The notes under the pieces are model-generated. The model did no database searches, was not told the origin of the DNA, and worked only from the letters and a program-made list of their open reading frames with translations. 57,078 bases of DNA from Candidatus Berkelbacteria bacterium. Its GTDB lineage: Bacteria; Patescibacteriota; UBA1384; JACPKC01. Of this stretch, positions 38,390 through 44,836 are shown in pieces. Position 1 is the first letter of the stretch, and each line of letters begins with the position of its first letter. A program made the translations under genes and the position numbers. Location of the stretch: assembly GCA_020429585.1 (NCBI GenBank), contig JAGQLE010000020.1, positions 1 through 57,078 on the forward strand. Direction: 5' to 3'.

Positions 38390-38577
38390 ATTACTCCCAG
38401 GTAAGTATATCTGGAGTTGCCTCATTACCCAAGTAGACCTGTCAGCCTTGAGGCTTACTATCACTACTTACAAATTAAATCTGAATTATCAATTAACTTT
38501 TTTACATGTTTGACCGTAGGAAGTTTGTAAAAAAGAAGACTTTAATTTGAAAGTTGAGGAGTAAACGTAACGGCTGA

Positions 38578-38609
38578 CGATTTTTGCGGCCGTTTTTCTA
38601 AAAAATGGC
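38578..38609. repeat. 32-nt repeat copy B (upstream of prfB)
   Basis: CGATTTTTGCGGCCGTTTTTCTAAAAAATGGC. It contains the inverted repeat GCCGTTTTT/AAAAATGGC. Confidence 0.85.
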
Positions 38610-38631
38610 ACAAACAAACATCTACAAATAC

Positions 38632-38657
38632 AAAAAGACACCTTTCGGTGTCTTTTT
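38632..38657 (-). terminator. Rho-independent terminator (bidirectional in form)
   Basis: AAAAAGACACC tttc GGTGTCTTTTT. Confidence 0.8.
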
Positions 38658-38672
38658 GCAATCCCCCATTTT

Positions 38673-38713
38673 GTCATCCTTAACCGGAAGCGAAGCGCTC
38701 CGGATCAAGGATC
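38673..38713 (-). repeat. imperfect hairpin element abutting the stop of the LPXTG gene
   Basis: GTCATCCTT aa CCGGA agcgaagcgc TCCGG atc AAGGATC. The ends resemble the sequence inside cysS at 43339..43368. Confidence 0.5.
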
Positions 38714-39673
38714 TTAGCTAACAATTAGATCAGCCAAGGTAGTAGTTGCCTGCTTCTTGCGAAGCAAGTAACGGCCAGTACCACCAGCCAAGGTAGCTAA
38801 AGAAGCTAATAGAGCGATGGTATCAGCACCGGTCTTAGGAAGCTCCTTAGGTAAATCCTTATTGGAGGTTTCTACTTGAGCAATAACCTTTGAACTCTTA
38901 GACACATTTTGAGTCTGAGTTACAGTTTCGTTATTACCACCATTATTCTGGTTAACAGTAGCGGTTTGATTACCACTAGCAGTACAACTGCCAGAAGCAT
39001 CGCCGTCACCAGTGTTTACAACTGTATTAGTACAGTCGACATTCTGTGACTGGGAAATACTTGAGTTATTATTCTCGTTATTTCCGTTACCGTTACCGCC
39101 AGAAAGGTTAGACTGGTTAACAGTCGCTTCCTGATTACCAGCAGCAGCACAACTACCAGCCGCATCGCCTGAGCCAGTGTTTACAACTGTATTAGTACAG
39201 TCGACATTCTGACTCTGAGAAAGGCTTGAGTTGTTGTTTTGGTTAACGTTTTCTCCACCATTACTGGTAGAAGTGTTAGTACTAGTGTTACTAGTACCGT
39301 TATTAACCTGAGTATTGTTTGCCTGATTTGTTTCAGATCCCTGTTCGCCAGTTGAGGTACTAGTTCCGGTAGCATTACCTTCGCCAGTATTAACAACTAC
39401 GTTAGTAGCGTTAACATTTTGGGCCTGAGAAGTAGCAGCATTGTTGTTCTGATTAGTGTTGCTTGACGTACTTTCGTACGAATTAACGTTGGAGTTGGTA
39501 TTGGTATTCTCGACGGTATTAGAATTAGAGTTAGAAACATAATTTGAGTTAGTGTTACTGACTCCGTTCATGTAATCCATGCCGTAATCATTCCAATCCC
39601 AAGCGTAAGCAACGCTTGATGATCCAGCTGTTACCATCAAGGCAGTCACAAGCATAGTTGCGAATTTTTGCAT
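38714..39673 (-). CDS. LPXTG-anchored, Asn/Ser/Thr-rich repetitive surface protein
   Basis: Signal peptide MQKFATMLVTALMVTAGSSSVAYA. Three repeats of about 42 aa. C-terminal LPKTG plus the hydrophobic stretch ADTIALLASLATLAGGTG plus RYLLRKKQ. Confidence 0.75.
   Translation of the reverse strand: MQKFATMLVTALMVTAGSSSVAYAWDWNDYGMDYMNGVSNTNSNYVSNSNSNTVENTNTNSNVNSYESTSSNTNQNNNAATSQAQNVNATNVVVNTGEGNATGTSTSTGEQGSETNQANNTQVNNGTSNTSTNTSTSNGGENVNQNNNSSLSQSQNVDCTNTVVNTGSGDAAGSCAAAGNQEATVNQSNLSGGNGNGNNENNNSSISQSQNVDCTNTVVNTGDGDASGSCTASGNQTATVNQNNGGNNETVTQTQNVSKSSKVIAQVETSNKDLPKELPKTGADTIALLASLATLAGGTGRYLLRKKQATTTLADLIVS
38948..39448 (-). repeat. three tandem coding repeats (about 42 aa each), copies 2 and 3 near-identical at DNA level
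   Basis: NNN(A/S)(A/S).SQ(A/S)QNV..TN.VVNTG.G.A.G....G.Q....NQ. Copies 2 and 3 each carry two Cys (QNVDCTN...GSC). Confidence 0.8.
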
Positions 39674-39790
39674 AAGATATCACCCACTTTCTTAGGTTGC
39701 ATTTTTCGCTAGTATCGACTCCGCCCCACTGGCGGATTAGCGACCTCTCCATAAACTTTTACTTTCCCAAAGCCAATTTTTTAGCTTCAG

Positions 39791-39829
39791 GAAGAAAAAG
39801 TGGAGGTTGCGTCCGTAGACGCAACCTCC
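39791..39829 (-). terminator. Rho-independent terminator after the 302-aa secreted-protein gene
   Basis: Perfect 12-bp stem GGAGGTTGCGTC/GACGCAACCTCC with a tetraloop, followed on the minus strand by ACTTTTTCTTC. Confidence 0.8.
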
Positions 39830-39886
39830 TGGCGGATGACCCCTCAGTCAACCTTGCGGCCCAGAGCCGAAGCTCCGGACCTAATT

Positions 39887-40795
39887 TTATATACCGTTGT
39901 TTTGGTCGACCCCGGCGCCTTGTTGGCCAGTGCCGGTTGCCGAACCATCAACGTTGCCACTACCGGTGTTAATCAGAACGTTAACCGGAGTCACGTTCTG
40001 AGCCTGAGAGGTGGCGTTGTTGTTGTTTTGGTTGTTGTTAAAATTGGCGTTGTTATTGGTGTTCTCATTGACATTCGAAACGGTGTTCGAATTGTCCAAT
40101 GAGATCTTATTGCCGTTTTTAACAGCGGTAACTTGTCGGACGTTTACGACCGGCGGTTTTTGATTTTGATGGAAACCGATCTGGAAACTTGAAAAGTTTC
40201 CACCGATATTCCGTACTCCTCCCCCAGTCGACAAAACGCTAACTGGCGGCGCTTCCGCCCGCTGAAAAGTCGGTGGCGGCGGTTGGTAAGTTGGTGGCGG
40301 CGGTTGGTAAGTTGGTGGCGGCGTTTTTAGCCAGGTTACCTTGAGCCGCGACAGATTGCCGCAGCGCTTAGGCAAAACCCAGGTTATCACCTTGGTCGCA
40401 TTGCCCTCAGTTACCTGAACCTCAAATGCCCAAGCCTCCTGCGTCGAACCGGTTGCCAACTGAGGCGTGTACAAGGTTCTAACTTGAGAACCGTCGTACC
40501 ACCCCATCGTCTGCAAAACGATTCCATGCGGTAAACCACCTGGAACATCCTGAACAGCCCCGGACTGCAAAATTTGCAACACCGCCTGGGCAACGTCGTC
40601 ACGATGACCGGCCTGCTTAACGGCAGCCAGAATCAAATCTGGCCTGCTATTTGCAGCCCTCTGCAAGTTTTCTACCGACCAGACCGGCCCCAAAAGCGGG
40701 GCAACGCCGATCGTTCTTACAATTTGCCCCTGTGCGGCCAAAACCGGCCAAGGCAAACTAAAGAGAAACACTAATATGAGAGCGATTCGTCTCAT
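39887..40795 (-). CDS. secreted protein with Pro-rich linker and C-terminal Asn-rich repeat module
   Basis: Signal peptide MRRIALILVFLFSLPWPVLAA. PPPTYQPPPPTYQPPPPTFQ linker. The C-terminal NNNNATSQAQNVTPVNVLINTGSGN is homologous to the repeats of the LPXTG protein. Confidence 0.6.
   Translation of the reverse strand: MRRIALILVFLFSLPWPVLAAQGQIVRTIGVAPLLGPVWSVENLQRAANSRPDLILAAVKQAGHRDDVAQAVLQILQSGAVQDVPGGLPHGIVLQTMGWYDGSQVRTLYTPQLATGSTQEAWAFEVQVTEGNATKVITWVLPKRCGNLSRLKVTWLKTPPPTYQPPPPTYQPPPPTFQRAEAPPVSVLSTGGGVRNIGGNFSSFQIGFHQNQKPPVVNVRQVTAVKNGNKISLDNSNTVSNVNENTNNNANFNNNQNNNNATSQAQNVTPVNVLINTGSGNVDGSATGTGQQGAGVDQNNGI
40272..40323 (-). repeat. 21-bp perfect tandem repeat, about 2.5 copies, coding
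   Basis: GGTGGCGGCGGTTGGTAAGTT x2, then GGTGGCGGCG. It encodes the (P)PPPTYQ repeats. Confidence 0.9.
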
Positions 40796-41853
40796 TTCCC
40801 ACCTCTTCCTACCTGAATAAGCTTAAACCTCACGGCACCATCAGGTACCAAGGTCTTACTGTAGCCTTGGTTGTAGTTGTCCGGGGCAAACTGCCATTGT
40901 TGGTCGGCTTGCTCAACAAGGATCCTTACCTCCCCCGAGGGGATATTGTCAAATGCTGCCAAATCAGTTCCGGATGAAGACATCCTCGAAACGACCTGGC
41001 CGTTGACTTCAACGATAACATCAGGATTGCCACCCATATAGGGGGCTCCATTGGCTTTATTGAAGTTAACGCATACCCGACCGGATCCGGTCTGAGCTTC
41101 TGGCCGTTGGTAACTGCAATCACTGGCCTCAGCTTGCTGGCTCGGCGGATCGTTTACTTTTAAGATCCGAACCGGCGGCGCTTCGCCCGTGGCTGACTTG
41201 ACGATAAAGTGACCATCACTAGTCTCCATATTCGTCATGTACTTGTACAGTTCCAGATGCTCAGCCGTGTAACCCTTGTTAGGGTTAACCAAGTTGAGCA
41301 CAAAGCCATCTTCGGCATCGATTTCCCGCTTTCGACGAAAACGAAAGATCAAAACCTGAGTCGTGGCTTCGCCTCCCATATGTTTAAGCTGATAATCGAT
41401 AAAATGACGGCCAGCGGGCAAACTTGAGAGGTCGAGTAAGTAGCCACCGAGATCCTCCCGGCGGTCCACCATACCCAAACCGTCAGCGGTTTGGACAGTG
41501 ATGTTCTCGTGGGTGATCTCGTCTGCATTAATCGCAAAAAACGAAACCACCACCCAGCATTTGCCGTTGGGATTACTAGGTGAATAACGGGGCAACGTGA
41601 TCTCTGCCAGGTTAGAAGCCTGGTAAAAATCCGGTCCGCCGTCTTTAGCCCAGCGGTCTTCTCTGGTTGGAGCGTGACCATCAGGAGTGTAGTAAAACTC
41701 CACATTGTGGTTACCACTCGTTCCAGCCGGCTTGACAGTGTCGTAGGTAGACACGCTGCCTGCGACGTTGGCCAAACTTTGGGCCGATACTGGCGTTGAT
41801 GCGATCATGACCGCAAACATCACCAGTGCGGCTACATTTAGGTTTCGTTTCAT
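40792..41853 (-). CDS. secreted hypothetical protein (353 aa)
   Basis: Signal peptide MKRNLNVAALVMFAVMIASTPVSA. Strong GGAGGAGG RBS. ATGA overlap with the downstream gene. Confidence 0.6.
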   Translation of the reverse strand: MKRNLNVAALVMFAVMIASTPVSAQSLANVAGSVSTYDTVKPAGTSGNHNVEFYYTPDGHAPTREDRWAKDGGPDFYQASNLAEITLPRYSPSNPNGKCWVVVSFFAINADEITHENITVQTADGLGMVDRREDLGGYLLDLSSLPAGRHFIDYQLKHMGGEATTQVLIFRFRRKREIDAEDGFVLNLVNPNKGYTAEHLELYKYMTNMETSDGHFIVKSATGEAPPVRILKVNDPPSQQAEASDCSYQRPEAQTGSGRVCVNFNKANGAPYMGGNPDVIVEVNGQVVSRMSSSGTDLAAFDNIPSGEVRILVEQADQQWQFAPDNYNQGYSKTLVPDGAVRFKLIQVGRGGK

Positions 41854-41921
41854 TGAAACCTCCTCCTTTTCTTTGCGGTTTGACCGCGAGTTTTTCGAAA
41901 GAAGAACCTACTCCGAACATC

Positions 41922-41946
41922 AAAAAAGCGATCCGGAACAGATCGC
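41922..41946 (-). terminator. intrinsic terminator inside the leader region
   Basis: GCGATC tgttccg GATCGC followed by T6 on the minus strand, about 70 nt upstream of the 41853 start codon. The adjacent CGCAA/TTGCG hairpin (41944..41956) shares 3 nt with its stem. Confidence 0.6.
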
Positions 41947-42246
41947 AAATATTGCGTTTGGAAAAAAGCCTTCCCTCACATTAGTTTTTTAGGTTCTGCC
42001 CCTTGAGTACATATAGTTTATGTTCTCTCCGGGCCTGCTCCTTTGGCAGAGAGATAATTACTCTCTCTGTTCTGACCAAGCAAGGTTAGCAAGCTAACCC
42101 AGACCCAGGGGCAGCAGGGAAGGAGGGGCACGTAGGCAAGCAAGCTCACCTACACTCTCCACTGCTCTTAGTCAGAACAGAACGAATAATTTCTTAAAAA
42201 CACCCAGATCCCTCCAGATGCTTTTTATTATCTTACTTTAAAAAGA
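41922..42246 (-). ncRNA. candidate structured leader RNA or sRNA (unclassified)
   Basis: It is bounded by promoters (42227..42281) and a terminator (41922..41946). An 11-bp closing helix (42066..42076 with 42171..42181) encloses two hairpins with GCUUGC-containing loops. A competing 8-bp hairpin lies at 42047..42069. Confidence 0.35.
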
Positions 42247-42281
42247 CTTGTCAGTCTAGCACTTTTTTATCTTGTCGTCAA
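42227..42281 (-). promoter_or_regulatory. two tandem sigma70-like promoters
   Basis: Minus strand: TTGACG (42281..42276) - 17 nt - TAGACT (42258..42253), and CTGACA (42254..42249) - 16 nt - GATAAT (42232..42227). Confidence 0.5.
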
Positions 42282-42329
42282 GCCTTTCACGTGCAATCTG
42301 CCAAAAACTTCGAACAATCTCTTTTTAGT

Positions 42330-42417
42330 GTCATCTCGACTAAGTGACGGAGGAACGCATCGAGAGATCCCTACGCAACAGATCTCTCGATTACGCTATC
42401 GCTCCACTCGAGATGAC
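42330..42417. repeat. 88-nt nested palindromic element
   Basis: Outer 10-bp stem GTCATCTCGA/TCGAGATGAC and inner 11-bp stem ATCGAGAGATC/GATCTCTCGAT (42359..42391). Confidence 0.7.
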
Positions 42418-42534
42418 GAAAACAGAATAACCTCCTCTCCCCGACCTATATCGAAAATAAAGAAGTTCAAACCTCTGATAATGTCAGTTCTCGACTCACT
42501 CCGTTCGTTCGAATAATAAATACAAGAAACTGCA

Positions 42535-43968
42535 CTAAAGAATTGTCGGCTCAATTCTAGGTACTGCCTCACTCCCCTGCTCTGTATCACGCACCTCAAA
42601 GCCCATCGCTTCGATCGAATTCCTAATCTCATCAGCCCTGGTAAAGTCTTTAGCCTCTCGCGCTTGCTGGCGCGCAAGTAGTAGATCAGTCACTTCCTGA
42701 GGAATGTCTATTCCCCGCCCCAGTTCTTTAGCTAAATCGAGTCCAAAAACCTGATCCCAGTTCTTAATAATTTGGCTTTTAATTTGCGGGTCTAAATCCG
42801 AACGAAGCTTCTCCCAAAAAAGCGATAAGCCCTGAGCTAACCCTAAATCATCATTGATTCTGATCCTAAAATCTTGCTCTAGCTCTTCGGGAATTTCCCG
42901 CCCCTCCTTTGGGAGCGTTCGAACTAGCTGAATAAGCTTCTTTAAAGCAATATCAGCCGCATTTAAGCCTTCCCAGGTAAAATTGAGTGGCTTGCGAAAA
43001 CTGGTCATTAGGCACATTAACCTAAAACTCAAGGGCGAGTGGCCGCGGTCTACCAAATCCTGAACAGTATAAACATTTCCTAAGGATTTACTCATTTTAG
43101 CGCCGTCGACATTCATAAAAGCCGCATGTAGCCAATAGCTGGCTAAAGGCTTTCCGGTTGCCGCCTCGGTTTGGGCAACTTCGTTGGGATGATGAGTTTG
43201 CGCTAAATCAGCTCCACCAGTATGAATATCGAATGGTTGACCTAAGTATTTAGCACTCATCGCGCTACACTCAATATGCCAACCAGGAAAACCCTTTCCC
43301 CACGGACTGTCCCATTCCATCTGGCGACGCGATCGTTCGTCATCCTGAGCGGAGTCGAAGGATCTCCCACCAGGATAGGAGTACTTCCAAAGGGCAAAAT
43401 CTTCCGGTTGCCGCTTCTCTGGATTTACTTCTACTCGCGCGCCTGCGTCTTTTTCTTCGAGCTTCTGACCGGTGAATTCATGGTATTTAGGAAACTTAGC
43501 CGTATCAAAATAGATTCCATCCGAGGTCTTATAAGTAAAACCCTTGACCTCCAACTCCTTTACTAAAGCAATCTGTTCCTCGATATGATCGGTCGCCTTA
43601 GGCAGTTTATAGGGTTCTTCGATATTTAAACGCCCAAGATCGGCAACAAACTCTTGAGTATGCTTGGCCGCGATTTGCCAAGCGCTCAACTTTTGCGCAG
43701 TGGCGGCTTTAGCTAACTTATCCTCGCCGTCATCAGTATCCCCCTCAAGGTGGCCTACGTCGGTAATATTCATCACGAATTTAACCGAATAACCATTGTA
43801 TTCAAAAATTCGACGCAGCAAATCCGCCATTAAATAAGTTCGAAAATTACCCAGATGGGCGGTTGAATAAACCGTCGGCCCACAGTTATAAATACCAACC
43901 TCGTTCGGTCTGATTGGCTTAAAAACCTCTAGGTGTCGATGGACAGTGTCAAAAATCTTTATTTCGAT
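42535..43968 (-). CDS. cysS: cysteinyl-tRNA synthetase; apparent non-canonical start (ATC at 43968, or ATA or ATT just downstream)
   Basis: The track ORF starts at 43830, after the essential [15 protein letters not shown] (HIGH) region. The frame is open back to a TAA at 43978..43980 and has no ATG, GTG or TTG in between. KMSKSLGN is present. AAGGAA lies 5 nt before the ATC. Confidence 0.85.
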   Translation of the reverse strand: MEIKIFDTVHRHLEVFKPIRPNEVGIYNCGPTVYSTAHLGNFRTYLMADLLRRIFEYNGYSVKFVMNITDVGHLEGDTDDGEDKLAKAATAQKLSAWQIAAKHTQEFVADLGRLNIEEPYKLPKATDHIEEQIALVKELEVKGFTYKTSDGIYFDTAKFPKYHEFTGQKLEEKDAGARVEVNPEKRQPEDFALWKYSYPGGRSFDSAQDDERSRRQMEWDSPWGKGFPGWHIECSAMSAKYLGQPFDIHTGGADLAQTHHPNEVAQTEAATGKPLASYWLHAAFMNVDGAKMSKSLGNVYTVQDLVDRGHSPLSFRLMCLMTSFRKPLNFTWEGLNAADIALKKLIQLVRTLPKEGREIPEELEQDFRIRINDDLGLAQGLSLFWEKLRSDLDPQIKSQIIKNWDQVFGLDLAKELGRGIDIPQEVTDLLLARQQAREAKDFTRADEIRNSIEAMGFEVRDTEQGSEAVPRIEPTIL

Positions 43969-43977
43969 ACAAGTTCC

Positions 43978-44139
43978 TTAATTATATTCTTCGAACTCAC
44001 CTGAGTAACTGTAATTCGATGGAATTCGACCCAAAACTGGATCATCCTTGACCTCAAGTGACTCGGCCTTATAGCCGCAGAGCGAACATCGCCGCTCATC
44101 GGTTTCGTGATTACATTCGACGCAATAATACGTCGCCAT
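43978..44139 (-). CDS. small zinc-ribbon protein (53 aa), not in the ORF track
   Basis: MATYYCVECNHETDERRCSLCGYK... has two CxxC pairs. Strong GGGAGGGGAG RBS. It is in the same frame as cysS, and its TAA stop overlaps the cysS RBS. Confidence 0.5.
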   Translation of the reverse strand: MATYYCVECNHETDERRCSLCGYKAESLEVKDDPVLGRIPSNYSYSGEFEEYN

Positions 44140-44227
44140 CTCCCCTCCCTATTTACCTAAACTAAGTTTAAAAAACAACTTTAGCGTGATGCTAAATTGT
44201 TTAGTCCGTTTTGACTAGTGTGGATAT

Positions 44228-44836
44228 CTAAACCAGACTTTGCCTGCCCTCGATTGCCCTGGTTAAGGTAACAGCGTCGGCATATTCCAAGTCGCCGCCA
44301 ACCGGCAAACCATGAGCAATTCGAGAAACTTTAACCTTGATATTTTGCTCATCAAACTGCTGGCTCAAATACAGAGCAGTTGCCTCCCCTTCCATCGTAG
44401 GATTAGTCGCAATAATTACTTCAGTTATAGCAGGACTGTTTTTAAGACGAGTAAATAACGGCTTAATGTTTAAGTTGTCTGGACCAATCCCATCAATTGG
44501 CGAAATTGAACCACCCAAAATATGATAACGGCCATTATACTCAGTCCTTTCTAAGGCAACAGCATCAAGCGGCTGCTCAACCACGCAAATAATATGATTA
44601 TCCCTGCCTTGATCATCACATACCACGCAAGGGTCACTATCGGCGATGTTGCAGCAATTAGCACAAAAAATCAACGATCCGTGCAGACTCGTTAGTGCTT
44701 CCCCTAGCTGCTGACTGGTTGACTGATGCTGGCGAATCAAATGAAAAACTAAGCGGCTCGCGGATTTAGGTCCAATTCCTGGCAATTTAGAGAACTCTTC
44801 AATCGCCTTTTCAACCGACTTCGGCAACAGCTTCAT
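44228..44836 (-). CDS. recR: recombination protein RecR
   Basis: LPGIGPKSASRL HhH motif, a C4 zinc finger and a Toprim domain. Confidence 0.9.
   Translation of the reverse strand: MKLLPKSVEKAIEEFSKLPGIGPKSASRLVFHLIRQHQSTSQQLGEALTSLHGSLIFCANCCNIADSDPCVVCDDQGRDNHIICVVEQPLDAVALERTEYNGRYHILGGSISPIDGIGPDNLNIKPLFTRLKNSPAITEVIIATNPTMEGEATALYLSQQFDEQNIKVKVSRIAHGLPVGGDLEYADAVTLTRAIEGRQSLV

Noticed and set aside
38380-38470. Canonical +1 programmed frameshift site (CUU UGA C) in prfB
   Set aside because: I looked for it in all frames upstream of the conserved core. The required upstream frame holds only 16 codons between stops and contains no CUU-UGA.
38489-38677. 62-aa minus-strand ORF between the LPXTG gene and prfB
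   Set aside because: It runs straight through a strong terminator hairpin and the 32-nt repeat. It is Cys/Phe/Lys-rich, has no RBS, and is probably not coding.
38948-40100. Repetitive Asn-rich DNA as a possible CRISPR array or non-coding satellite
   Set aside because: The repeats lie inside long open reading frames that have signal peptides and a sorting signal. The repeat units are multiples of 3, and there is no direct repeat plus unique spacer architecture.
42328-42516. 62-aa ORF MSSRLSDGGTHREIPTQQISRLRYRSTRDD...
   Set aside because: It is the literal translation of the 88-nt nested palindrome. It has no RBS and lies in a region better explained as a structured or repeat element.
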